This document shows positions 1 to 8,782 of a stretch of 64,000 nucleotides of DNA, one piece after another. A program made the translations under genes and the position numbers. Each line of letters begins with the position of its first letter. Position 1 is the first letter of the stretch. The notes beneath the pieces are model-generated. The model did no database searches. It saw nothing but the letters and a program-made list of their open reading frames with translations, and had not been told where the DNA came from. This stretch comes from a virus (Duplodnaviria; Caudoviricetes): positions 1 through 64,000 of the IMG/VR virus record IMGVR_UViG_3300035208_005087; one strand, given 5' to 3'.

Positions 1-1026
1 ATCAGGAGACACACACAATTTTACATTGATAGACCCAAGGTTACAAGACTCATAAGGTAACAAAGGTTGCTCTCCGCATGGATTGCTTGCTTCAATATCC
101 CCAAGGTGCGGAGTAGGGTTAGCTGCGTTTACAGCATCAATGAAAAACAACCCTGGTTCCCCAGTGTTCCACGCACAACTTTTAATAATTTGAAAGACAT
201 CCCCCATAGTCCAGTAATCAGACATCTTACCCGAACCCAGAGCCTCCTTTAAGGGCACTAAATCCTGTATAGCGTAGTCCTTTATTTTCTCCCCAGTAAT
301 GCTCTTGGGGATTGCATACTCCTCTTTGGTTCTGAAATTCGTTACGATATGTAATGAGTTTGGAGTTTCTGTGTACTGTTTCATCCAAGCATCAGGGATT
401 TTAACCGAGATGTTATAATTTGTGAACAAAGACAGATCTTGCTTTGCTGTTAAAAACTTCAAAATGTCAGGGTGATTGATAGACATCATCCCCATGTTGG
501 CCCCTCTTCGAAACGCTCCCTGCTGGATAGCATTTGTCGCTTCGGATAACACCTTCCAAAAACTCAGTGGCCCACTGGTAGTCCCTCCTGAAGACTTGAT
601 ATAATCACCCGTGGGGCGTAGTCTGTCAAAAGAAAATCCCGTACCCCCTCCAGCTTTCTGTACCAGGGCCGTGTTTTTTACAGTGTCAAAAATACCGTCG
701 ATAGAGTCTTCGATAGGCAATACAAAACAGGCACTATACGCCCCTTCTTCGTTTCTCCCTGCATTCATTAAACAAGGGCTATTGGGCATGAACTCACCGT
801 TGGCCATAATTTCGTAAAAGGTCTTGGTCCACTTGTTTACAGCTTCCTCCCCACCGTAGGGATCTTCCACGCGAGCCACCGCCTTGGCCACTCTAAAAAA
901 CATTTCTTTAGGGGTCTCGGTCACCTCCCCTTTTTCATTCTTGCTTAAGTACCGTTCGCGTAACACAACGATGGCGTTCTCGGTCAGGTTAGGTGCCGGT
1001 AATTTATCCAAATCTAAAGGTTTCAT
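1..1026 (-). CDS. nrdJ: Class II (adenosylcobalamin-dependent) ribonucleotide reductase, N-terminal part, runs off window start
   Basis: Not in the ORF track. Manual translation from ATG at 1026 (SD TAGGAG upstream) gives MKPLDLDKLPAPNLTENAIVVLRERYL...FMPNSPCLMNAG...SACFVLPIEDS...GGGTGFSF...RRGANMG...TGEPG...ASNPCGEQPLLPYESCNLGSIN, containing the RNR NPCxE catalytic motif. Confidence 0.9.
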   Translation of the reverse strand, partial: MKPLDLDKLPAPNLTENAIVVLRERYLSKNEKGEVTETPKEMFFRVAKAVARVEDPYGGEEAVNKWTKTFYEIMANGEFMPNSPCLMNAGRNEEGAYSACFVLPIEDSIDGIFDTVKNTALVQKAGGGTGFSFDRLRPTGDYIKSSGGTTSGPLSFWKVLSEATNAIQQGAFRRGANMGMMSINHPDILKFLTAKQDLSLFTNYNISVKIPDAWMKQYTETPNSLHIVTNFRTKEEYAIPKSITGEKIKDYAIQDLVPLKEALGSGKMSDYWTMGDVFQIIKSCAWNTGEPGLFFIDAVNAANPTPHLGDIEASNPCGEQPLLPYESCNLGSINVKLCVSPD

Positions 1027-1043
1027 CTGCTAATCTCCTATAC

Positions 1044-1113
1044 TACAGATATGTTTACTACTTGTCCAATCAAAAATCTTTTATACAGTATTTGGTATGT
1101 TAATGCCAATCAA
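1044..1113 (-). promoter_or_regulatory. Tandem bipartite motif TTGATTGG-N17-CTGTA (x2, 40-nt period) upstream of nrdJ
   Basis: Plus strand TACAG 1044-1048 with CCAATCAA 1066-1073, and TACAG 1084-1088 with CCAATCAA 1106-1113; function inferred. Confidence 0.45.
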
Positions 1114-1241
1114 GATACTAGGTATGGGGTCCTCAGACCACCTTTACTTAATTTTACCGAAAACGCAGCATTTCTTTCATGTACCACTCTCTTTCTAAAT
1201 TTTTAAGTGGAAAAGAGAACATTTTTTCTAACTACCTGAAG

Positions 1242-1277
1242 AAAAAGCGTCCCCGCTAAATACAAGCGGGGACGCTT
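1242..1277 (-). terminator. Rho-independent terminator
   Basis: Perfect 13-bp stem AAGCGTCCCCGCT/AGCGGGGACGCTT (1245-1277) with a T-run on the minus strand, just downstream of the CYTH gene. Confidence 0.85.
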
Positions 1278-1302
1278 CACAACTGTAGAGTGAATTTGGG
1301 TG

Positions 1303-1773
1303 CTAAACGTTCTTAATCACAGTAGGGGGCAAAGCCTCCTCAACCTGGAAAATAAGGGGTATCTTGACTGAGTTGGATCCGCTTGGAAGTTCATACTCTG
1401 CGACCACCTTCCCGTCTTCCATAACATCGATATCCCACCCTTTCCACTTGTACCGTGTCTTTGTTTGGTTGGAAAAAGAAACGGTTTTAAAGAGCTTTTC
1501 AAAAAGCTGCTCTGAGATAGTTATGTTATCCTCAGAGAAGTCCTTAAAAACTTTTTTTGTAAAGGTACACCCTCCTGGGGTCTCCCTGCGCACTCTTGTA
1601 TATGTACCGGGTTCCTCGTCCAGTTTACCCTGTTCTATAACTATCTTCTCCCCTTCTTGCTTGACTGCTTCGGGGAGTTCTTTTAATGCACAGCGTACTT
1701 CGCGCTCTTCCGTAGTCGCAGCTACTTTAGAACTATAGGACAGACCATCCACTACTTCATCTAATAATCTCAT
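1303..1773 (-). CDS. CYTH (triphosphate tunnel metalloenzyme) domain protein
   Basis: EREVR (ExExK/R) motif, IEQG, TRVRR, KTRY..WDIDV..VVAEYEL pattern typical of CYTH. Confidence 0.75.
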   Translation of the reverse strand: MRLLDEVVDGLSYSSKVAATTEEREVRCALKELPEAVKQEGEKIVIEQGKLDEEPGTYTRVRRETPGGCTFTKKVFKDFSEDNITISEQLFEKLFKTVSFSNQTKTRYKWKGWDIDVMEDGKVVAEYELPSGSNSVKIPLIFQVEEALPPTVIKNV

Positions 1774-1782
1774 TACGCCTCC

Positions 1783-2745
1783 TTAAAGGTACTTTTTATA
1801 ATAGGTTATAGTTTCATCCATAATATCTATAAATAAATCATACAACAAATGATCCTCTTTCACGGGTGGAGACAAATTTTCTAAAAACCGTCTTTGGAAG
1901 TTTAATAATGCTATGGTTACTTGTACATCTTCTTTTGCTGTATGCGCCCCTTCCTCAGTCCCTAAACCGAATACCTGTCTGAGAGTCTGCAATGAAGATA
2001 AAAACTTTTTACCATGCACATGCAGACCGTTATACCATCCAGTTATTTTATCTCCTACAGGTAGGGATCTTTTAATAGTCACTAACAGAGGTATAATAAG
2101 AAGCCTGTTCAACCACAGTGTGTCTATCAGAGGTACCTCGGCATAGGATAGCCCGTATAAATTACCCCTGTTTCGTATGAAGGGTACGTCAAAAGTCAAC
2201 ACATTGTGCCCAAAAACACAAACATCGTTTTTTCTGCTGTCCCACCATTCAGCCAAGGACCTTAGTGCCTGCTCTTCCGTTAAGTACTCTGCCTGCCTCT
2301 CCAGTAGCCTGCCTAATTCTTCTTCTGTCAATTTTTGGGGAATGTGGAATTCCCTGTAAAGATCTTCTCCGTCCTGATCCTCCCCTATCAACACCGCCCC
2401 CTTGGTTTCCTCTTCTGGGATACCGGGGATGTCCTTTTTAAACTTAAATTCGGGGCTATGTTGATTAAAGGCAAGTACCCAGTGCAGGGATGTGTCGTCC
2501 AAGGGTTCCTCCCGTGCTATCTCTTCCTTCAATCTTTCCACGTTTGCTGCTAATAGCTTGATAGGAGATAGATGCACCTCTTCTCCCCCTACCTCCTGTA
2601 CAAATATCTGAGTAATCTGTTCTAGGGGCTTGCTGCCATCCAAGCCCGTAGTCTCCAGATCTAAACAAGCAAGAGACTTGTCTTGGAAGAGGTCTAAGTA
2701 CCTCTCCCTATGTTTCTGTATAGCTTTAATCATTTCCAGCGCCAT
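1783..2745 (-). CDS. DEDDh 3'-5' exonuclease (DnaQ-like)
   Basis: ExoI LDLETTG, ExoII GHNVLTFD, ExoIII HTAKED. Confidence 0.88.
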   Translation of the reverse strand: MALEMIKAIQKHRERYLDLFQDKSLACLDLETTGLDGSKPLEQITQIFVQEVGGEEVHLSPIKLLAANVERLKEEIAREEPLDDTSLHWVLAFNQHSPEFKFKKDIPGIPEEETKGAVLIGEDQDGEDLYREFHIPQKLTEEELGRLLERQAEYLTEEQALRSLAEWWDSRKNDVCVFGHNVLTFDVPFIRNRGNLYGLSYAEVPLIDTLWLNRLLIIPLLVTIKRSLPVGDKITGWYNGLHVHGKKFLSSLQTLRQVFGLGTEEGAHTAKEDVQVTIALLNFQRRFLENLSPPVKEDHLLYDLFIDIMDETITYYKKYL

Positions 2746-2758
2746 TTGGCACCTCCCA

Positions 2759-3616
2759 TTATGTTTTATGTTTTATCTGCAGGGCGTCTACTAGTTTCCT
2801 AATATACAGACCCATATTGTGATCCTTTATCCCTTTTACCAGATAAGGTATGGGACAGTTCCTGCGGAAAGGGGATTTTATACGTAACGCTCCCGACATT
2901 AAATAGAAGGCTTTGCCTATGTGCCGGTAGAAAAGGACCACCGGTGGGAGTACTGTAACTACGTCCCACCCATGTACTATCCGTACTATTTTGTGTCGGC
3001 TCTCTACCCATTCCTTAAATTGTCTGTTCCCCATCCTCGGAGCTCCTGTAAAAATGCAAGGTCCTACCTTGTACCCATTTTCTGTCAAGAACTCTGCAGC
3101 TAATACCCCTAACGGGGCCCCTAAAGAATGCCCTGCTATGTAAAAAGTCTTTGTTTTTTTAGGGTCCATCATCTGTACCCTTTTATGGAACCTTTTCTCT
3201 ATGGCCTTCCATAGTATATAGAACCCCGCATGAATTTTACCCCGTACCTTTTCTCTGGATACATAAGGAACCTTAGGAATAAGGGCGTTGAACACAAAGT
3301 CTAGTATATCGTTAGACTGCTGCATTATAACCAAATTCTTGTCCTCGGTGATTTCTACTATGCACCCTGATACGTTCCCTCGACGCAAACCGTAAGCCAC
3401 CTTGTGTCCCTGGAGTACGAAAGTTTCTTGTTCTCCCACAGTTAGAGGACGAAACTCCTCCGCCAGTTTGCAGTAGCTTATCATTTCCGATAAGGGTAGA
3501 TGCTCCCCTAGCTGCTTAATAATATCTTTTTGGGCTATCATAGGGTACCTCCTGTTGATCCTTGCCTCTACCCACCGGGGGTATAAAAGGATTAATAGCA
3601 AGCGGGAGAATAGCAT
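2759..3616 (-). CDS. Class 3 lipase (alpha/beta hydrolase); true start possibly 3541
   Basis: HAGFY, nucleophile elbow GHSLG, GAPRMGN, RIVHGWDVVTVLP, YRHIG, DHNM. Confidence 0.88.
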   Translation of the reverse strand: MLFSRLLLILLYPRWVEARINRRYPMIAQKDIIKQLGEHLPLSEMISYCKLAEEFRPLTVGEQETFVLQGHKVAYGLRRGNVSGCIVEITEDKNLVIMQQSNDILDFVFNALIPKVPYVSREKVRGKIHAGFYILWKAIEKRFHKRVQMMDPKKTKTFYIAGHSLGAPLGVLAAEFLTENGYKVGPCIFTGAPRMGNRQFKEWVESRHKIVRIVHGWDVVTVLPPVVLFYRHIGKAFYLMSGALRIKSPFRRNCPIPYLVKGIKDHNMGLYIRKLVDALQIKHKT

Positions 3617-3618
3617 GT

Positions 3619-4212
3619 TTATAACATCCCTGCTGACCTGAGCAAGATAGAAACAGTATCCCCCAATCCCTTCTCTTTGTAATATTGCTTCTTATTTAGA
3701 AGCCACTTACCCAGGCGCCCTTCTTCCCCCCTTACTTTACTGGAGGGAACCCTTTTATGCCGTAAAACCCACGACACTACCTCTTGTACGTCGTACAGGG
3801 CTTTCTCCTCCCTGGACAGGGGTTTATCCCCTACATTTGGTAGCATGCTTAGTACAGGGACTTTTCTGTGAAATCCTGTGTGCCTTTTTCTGTACATCCA
3901 CCGGTAAAGCCGGTGTTCTTCTGCATCCGCCTGGTTAGCTTTTGGTTCCTCCCCTTTAGAAAGGATCCACTGAAAATACTTACGGGAGGTCTCCTCCTCC
4001 AAAATAGTGTAGGCCGATCTGCTGTACAACCAAGGGATTTGAAAATCCATCAGGACCTTCATCTCTTCCTCAGGGATAACCCACCCGGCACGTACCTTAC
4101 GCCTCCGGTAGTACCACCACTCCTTTAATTCTTTAGACAGACCGTCTTCCTTACCTGTTGAAGAAAGCACCTTACATAAAGCCTTTGTCTTTTTCACAGA
4201 GGGGGAGTTCAC
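3619..4212 (-). CDS. Protein with repeated helicase-associated (HA)-like helical motifs
   Basis: Three similar segments: ELKEWWYYRRRK, EHRLYRWMYRKRH, EGRLGKWLLNKKQ. Confidence 0.5.
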   Translation of the reverse strand: MNSPSVKKTKALCKVLSSTGKEDGLSKELKEWWYYRRRKVRAGWVIPEEEMKVLMDFQIPWLYSRSAYTILEEETSRKYFQWILSKGEEPKANQADAEEHRLYRWMYRKRHTGFHRKVPVLSMLPNVGDKPLSREEKALYDVQEVVSWVLRHKRVPSSKVRGEEGRLGKWLLNKKQYYKEKGLGDTVSILLRSAGML

Positions 4213-4613
4213 GGTATCAAACCCCCTAGGTATAGTAAGATAGCTACCGTCATGGCAGTAATTACATTATGTAGTGTCTGAAACATAAAGAAGGAAGACA
4301 TATCCTTCTTTATTCGGGCGATTTTGACAACCTCTTCTTTAAGCCTTTCTACGACCCCAGTTTTTCCTCTCGCCTGTGCCTCTCCTTCAAGGGCTACAAG
4401 ATTTGCCTGTAGCTTAGACACGGTTAGCACCGTTTTGAAAAGGGCAAAACCCATGGTAGCCCTGAAGGTAAATACGATACTTATTAATATCGACATATAC
4501 CACAAGAACCACACAGGGGGGTTGCCTAAAACAGTGAAAATAATTACTAGGCCGTTTGTTGCAAATAAGGTCCATTCCGCTTTTTCTGTTTTTTTAAAGT
4601 AGATGTTTTCCAT
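4209..4613 (-). CDS. Hypothetical membrane protein
   Basis: Two N-terminal and one C-terminal hydrophobic segment; 4-nt overlap with the next gene. Confidence 0.65.
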   Translation of the reverse strand: MENIYFKKTEKAEWTLFATNGLVIIFTVLGNPPVWFLWYMSILISIVFTFRATMGFALFKTVLTVSKLQANLVALEGEAQARGKTGVVERLKEEVVKIARIKKDMSSFFMFQTLHNVITAMTVAILLYLGGLIP

Positions 4614-4676
4614 AGTAATAGGATACCCACCTTTTTCTGCCTTTTTAACTACCAGCTTTGTTTTTTTTAAAAAGGA

Positions 4677-5159
4677 TTAGTAATCTCCGTCTAATCTATC
4701 TGCTAGTTTGTCTAAGGCCAGTGCGTATTTGTGGAGACCTTTCTGTTCTAAAACACTGGCCACCTTATCTACCGCATAGGAAGCCTTCTTGTCTACCGCC
4801 TGCATCTGTCTCATAAGTTTCCTAGCCCACGCTGCCCCGGGGTCGCCTCCCCATAGCAACCACGCTTGATACCCTTTATCCGTAAGGGGTGTCTTACCTT
4901 TGTCTATTTTTTTGTTCTTTTCGTGCCTAGAGAAAAAGCCGTGCATCTTCTTTATAGTTTCAGGTGAAAGGGTGTTTCGGTTTTTCAAGTTTACCGCCCG
5001 TTGGACACCAGACCCTACTCCTTCTTTTTTAGCCTGGGAAACGGACAGCCCCCCTTTATTAGAGGAAGTCGCCTGCTCTCTCAAACGGAGGCCTCTTTCA
5101 GCCTGTTCCGCTGCACCCTTTGGGGGCTTGAAATCGATGTGGTCATATTTTTTAGGCAT
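4677..5159 (-). CDS. Conserved phage protein (FKPP...FFSRH...AWLLWGGD domain often linked to head morphogenesis genes)
   Basis: Recognisable motifs FKPPKG, LSPETIKKMHGFFSRHE, AWLLWGGDPG; preceded by the candidate late-promoter motif. Confidence 0.6.
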   Translation of the reverse strand: MPKKYDHIDFKPPKGAAEQAERGLRLREQATSSNKGGLSVSQAKKEGVGSGVQRAVNLKNRNTLSPETIKKMHGFFSRHEKNKKIDKGKTPLTDKGYQAWLLWGGDPGAAWARKLMRQMQAVDKKASYAVDKVASVLEQKGLHKYALALDKLADRLDGDY

Positions 5160-5200
5160 GGAAGGTGCTCCAGTTCAAAACTTTCTACACTCTTCCTGCC

Positions 5201-5215
5201 TAAATAAAAGATTAT
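5201..5215 (-). promoter_or_regulatory. Candidate phage late promoter motif (ATAATCTTTTATTTA)
   Basis: Degenerate copy of the motif at 23411, 36978 and 62924; intergenic, about 42 nt upstream of ATG. Confidence 0.4.
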
Positions 5216-5227
5216 GGAGCGGTCTTA

Positions 5228-6025
5228 TTAAGCCACACCGTAGAGGGAGGTGCTGTCCTCGGTCTTACACCATAGGTGTTTCTGACTTAGAGGGCTTTCA
5301 CCTGGTCCACCCCAGTTAGTACCGTACAGATCCACCGAAGTTTGGCAGACAGATAAGGGGTATAGCTTCCCGATGCCCATCCCTACCCAAAACTCGGCCC
5401 CTAACCTACCATGCTCCTGTATAGGGAAGGGAGGCAAGGATCTTATGTATTTATGAGAAGACCACCAGAAGTTCCCCGAAAAGTGCCGAGGGATATTGGA
5501 TCCCTCAGGATACCTTTCTGGTCCTGATATATACAGAGGGCCGGCAGCCACATAACCCTCGTGGAGGATCGCCTGTATCGCTCTTTTATAGTTTGTGAAT
5601 ACATCATGACAAAGAACATTACGCCACAGCGTAGAGTTCCTTTGTATGCGATCAGGTACCTTGGGGTTGTAAGATGAGACACCTTTGGTGTGGGCGTACC
5701 ACACCAAGCCATTAGCTTTTCTGGAATCCTCTTGCATCAGCCCTAGAGTCGGGTACTCCCACTCTAATAAGTTTGGAGAGAAGAATCGGACATGGTACTT
5801 AGGGTATTGTTTAAACACTGTGCTGTACATCTCCTCTGCTTGTGTCGGGCACCCTACTATCCCTACCGATATACTATCCGAGCAGGAGTACACCCCCGAC
5901 TCTAGCAATCGACCATTCATTTCGGATAGGACTGCCAGACACTCGGGAGTGCCCATGGCCGCTACGTGTAAGTATCCATTTACTTTACGCACCCACCGTT
6001 TCTCCTTGTTCGCAGTACCCTTCAA
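5228..6025 (-). CDS. Putative glycosyltransferase-like protein
   Basis: EYPTL, YAHTKG, HFSGNFWW, AEFW motifs of a family seen in large viruses; enzymatic function inferred. Confidence 0.5.
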   Translation of the reverse strand: MKGTANKEKRWVRKVNGYLHVAAMGTPECLAVLSEMNGRLLESGVYSCSDSISVGIVGCPTQAEEMYSTVFKQYPKYHVRFFSPNLLEWEYPTLGLMQEDSRKANGLVWYAHTKGVSSYNPKVPDRIQRNSTLWRNVLCHDVFTNYKRAIQAILHEGYVAAGPLYISGPERYPEGSNIPRHFSGNFWWSSHKYIRSLPPFPIQEHGRLGAEFWVGMGIGKLYPLSVCQTSVDLYGTNWGGPGESPLSQKHLWCKTEDSTSLYGVA

Positions 6026-6326
6026 TGATATCCTGCAGCTTCTTTGGTGGTAGGGCTCCTTCTACTTCTTGTAGCATCATACCCTTTCTATAAATACGAA
6101 AACGCGGGATAGAAGAAATGCTTAGGCGACCGGCTAACGCGCCTTCCTCGTCTATGTCTACCTTACCAAATGTTGCCTTACCCTTTAACGCTAAGGAAAG
6201 TTTTTCCACTACGGGAAGCATAACTTTACACGGGTTGCACCAAGGTGCCCAGAAATCTACAACAGTGACTTCCTCTTGTTGAATAAATTGCTCAAAATTC
6301 TTGCCGTCCAATTCTGCAATCTGCAT
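5985..6326 (-). CDS. trxA: Thioredoxin
   Basis: VVDFWAPWCNPCK active site, KVDIDE, SIP cis-proline loop. Confidence 0.92.
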   Translation of the reverse strand: MQIAELDGKNFEQFIQQEEVTVVDFWAPWCNPCKVMLPVVEKLSLALKGKATFGKVDIDEEGALAGRLSISSIPRFRIYRKGMMLQEVEGALPPKKLQDIIEGYCEQGETVGA

Positions 6327-6422
6327 ACTGTTCTCCTTTCACTGTTTATGATAAATTATTAGGGAGGGTGGTCGCCCTCCTATTGCTGCGGTTGATTTCG
6401 TTCCTAAGAACAATTACTGAGG

Positions 6423-6584
6423 TCATCTTTTTCTATCCTCTAGCCCACATTTGGGGCACTTATATGTTCGTATTAGGGGTATCATCTTCACTCCGCACTT
6501 ACCGCAACGGGGTATTAGTCTAGTATTAGAGACTTTGCTGGATCCCCAATTTGTAGGGACGTATCCGCCACAATTACACCCCAT
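6423..6584 (-). CDS. Small Cys-rich zinc-ribbon protein (53 aa, starts MGCNCGG)
   Basis: CxC, CGKCG and CPKCG motifs; ATG at 6584 is coupled to the upstream TGA (TGATG), so the start is revised from 6704. Confidence 0.7.
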   Translation of the reverse strand: MGCNCGGYVPTNWGSSKVSNTRLIPRCGKCGVKMIPLIRTYKCPKCGLEDRKR

Positions 6585-6829
6585 CAGGAATCTCCCTCTA
6601 AAAAATTTAGTACTGAAATGAACAATGCGGAGACCCCCGAGGTCAAGCACGCCCCGCTCATCTGTCCTTGAAAAATAGCTAACCCTACCCAAAACCCTAA
6701 GCAAAAAGGGCAGTTTACTAGGTACGCTAGTAGGGGTACCCCCTCTAACCTTTTTTTAACAAAAAAGAGAAGAGGAGTAGTTACCACGAAACTAGTAACC
6801 CACACACCTATGATTAGCTTCTCTAACAT
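6584..6829 (-). CDS. Small membrane protein, DUF1360-like
   Basis: Hydrophobic, with LVNCPFCLGFWVG motif. Confidence 0.6.
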   Translation of the reverse strand: MLEKLIIGVWVTSFVVTTPLLFFVKKRLEGVPLLAYLVNCPFCLGFWVGLAIFQGQMSGACLTSGVSALFISVLNFLEGDS

Positions 6830-6837
6830 GATAAAGC

Positions 6838-7722
6838 CTACTCTAAGGTCTTGATAGTTACTTTTGCTTCTACAAACACCTGGAATTTATCTTTTTCTAG
6901 TACAAAGGGGTGGTAATACCCTAGGTCTACCTTACGGGCTTCCCTGTTCTCATTAACAAGTAAGTCTCCTTCCTCATTGTACATTAGCTGCCCTTTAAAC
7001 TTATCTACCATAGCAGGGTCCGCTTCAGGCTCTTTTGGTTCTGGGTCGGGTTCCCCTACATCATCAGGCTCTTCCATACGGAGATACCTGTCTATCACAT
7101 TGGAAGCACGGGAGGCGGGCACCTCGTTGGTTATGATGGTATCGCATATTTCTTTTACATGCTCTTCGCTTAAGTCAAATGCCCCCTTCTTACGCATAAC
7201 GTCCATGTGCATGTCTGTGAAAGGTGGGTCATTTTCATCAGCCATAGAAAGGGACTCAACCGCTTCTCGGGAAATGACTTCCAGATACTCTGCTTCTATC
7301 CCTTGTAACCTTTTCACTCTTGCCTCGGATGTCCACAATAGCTTAGCGATGTCTTTGCTTTTTATTGAGGGGTCCTCTTCTTTCAGCATATGCACAGCAT
7401 CCGCTAGGTCCAGTGTAGAGAAGTTCACACGCTGTACGTTTTCTACCAATGAAACGCGAAGGGCGTCTTTATTTGTGACATCCCTTATAAGGTAATTCTC
7501 CGCAGGTAATTCATAATCCCCTCCATAAAGGGACTCCAGGGCTAGCTTTCTTCGCCAGCCTCCTAGCACCTCCCAGGTGCCTTCTTCCGTCCCTTTGCGA
7601 AGTACTAACTTGCTTAATAGACCTACTTCTTTAATGGATTCAGCCAGGTCTTCTATCATCTCAGGGAGGTACTCCCTTCTGCAGTTATATTTACTTTTAA
7701 CTAAATTTTTTAACGTTACCAT
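6838..7722 (-). CDS. ParB/Spo0J-like protein
   Basis: DLAESIKEVGLL, EVLGGWRR (GxRR), SLVENVQR, then HTH-like SKDIAKLLWTSEARVKR. Confidence 0.85.
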   Translation of the reverse strand: MVTLKNLVKSKYNCRREYLPEMIEDLAESIKEVGLLSKLVLRKGTEEGTWEVLGGWRRKLALESLYGGDYELPAENYLIRDVTNKDALRVSLVENVQRVNFSTLDLADAVHMLKEEDPSIKSKDIAKLLWTSEARVKRLQGIEAEYLEVISREAVESLSMADENDPPFTDMHMDVMRKKGAFDLSEEHVKEICDTIITNEVPASRASNVIDRYLRMEEPDDVGEPDPEPKEPEADPAMVDKFKGQLMYNEEGDLLVNENREARKVDLGYYHPFVLEKDKFQVFVEAKVTIKTLE

Positions 7723-7750
7723 CTTCCTTCTCCTATGCTAGGGTTGCTTC

Positions 7751-8782
7751 CTAAGCCTTTTTGTATGAAAGCCCTGAGAACTCCCCAGCGGCTCTTTCTA
7801 TTTTTAATCTATCTGTACAACTGAAACTCTTGGCCACACTACCAACATGCCAAAGAAAAGAGTCTAGGGTATCCATATCCTCATGGCATTCTTGAGCCTC
7901 CAGGTGTATGGCCCTTTTGAATTTTTTAGGTACTCCATTTTTCTCAGATAATAGTACACACGCCCTTTCTACCCCTGGGTACCCCTCACGTGCAGCCTCC
8001 AAGGACTCCAGAAACACAGGCATCTCTTGCTGCACCCTAGCTGGGACCGATTCCAATATCTCAAAGACTTCTGCGGGCTGCACCGTGGTAAGCCTTATCT
8101 TGGCAAAGGGTTGCTTCCCATAGAGGGCTGCTACACAAGACTTAGACTCTTGGTGCATAATTAGGATGTCTACTATAAGTTCAGATGCACCTAGGTCGGA
8201 TGCTGTTATAGATACTGCGGGGTAGAACATTTCCCCAAAAGACTCATTGTAAAAAACTCGTACCTGCAAAAGAAGATCGTCTCTATCCGACCCGGACACG
8301 GAGTCTAAATCCATCTCTACCGGGGCAGGGTACTTAGTTAAAGATTTTAGTATGTCTGCGTAAGGTATGGTAGTGTATTCTACCGGAAGTACCGCCCTGA
8401 TAACATCGATATTCACACCCTTACGGATTTTTAGTAGGAGTAGCACCTCATCCCCTTCCTTAGGAGCCAATGATGCTAACCAGTTATCTACGATTCTTTT
8501 CCGGGCCACCGGTCTATTGTCCTTAAAGAAAGGGTAAGGCACCCCTATACTTTTGCACCATTGTTTCAGGGCGTGCGAGGATTTAGCATCTCCTATATCC
8601 AACTTAAAGAAATATTTAGTTTTTTCTACAGTGTCATACAAAAACTGTTCTTCATCGTCAGCATGGTATTCTATATACCTTAGATCCACTACTATGTCTT
8701 TACATTTTTTAGTGTGGCCTTCTAGATCTTCTACCAATTCATCAAAGGCCTTAGACTTCTGAACGTCATTAATATTCTCCAT
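7751..8782 (-). CDS. DUF932-like phage protein
   Basis: ALKQWCKSIGVP, IRAVLPVEY, SITASDLGAS pattern resembles DUF932. Confidence 0.5.
   Translation of the reverse strand: MENINDVQKSKAFDELVEDLEGHTKKCKDIVVDLRYIEYHADDEEQFLYDTVEKTKYFFKLDIGDAKSSHALKQWCKSIGVPYPFFKDNRPVARKRIVDNWLASLAPKEGDEVLLLLKIRKGVNIDVIRAVLPVEYTTIPYADILKSLTKYPAPVEMDLDSVSGSDRDDLLLQVRVFYNESFGEMFYPAVSITASDLGASELIVDILIMHQESKSCVAALYGKQPFAKIRLTTVQPAEVFEILESVPARVQQEMPVFLESLEAAREGYPGVERACVLLSEKNGVPKKFKRAIHLEAQECHEDMDTLDSFLWHVGSVAKSFSCTDRLKIERAAGEFSGLSYKKA

Noticed and set aside
6363-6380. GGAGGG/CCCTCC hairpin upstream of thioredoxin as a terminator
   Set aside because: No clear U-tract on the coding strand; function not supportable.
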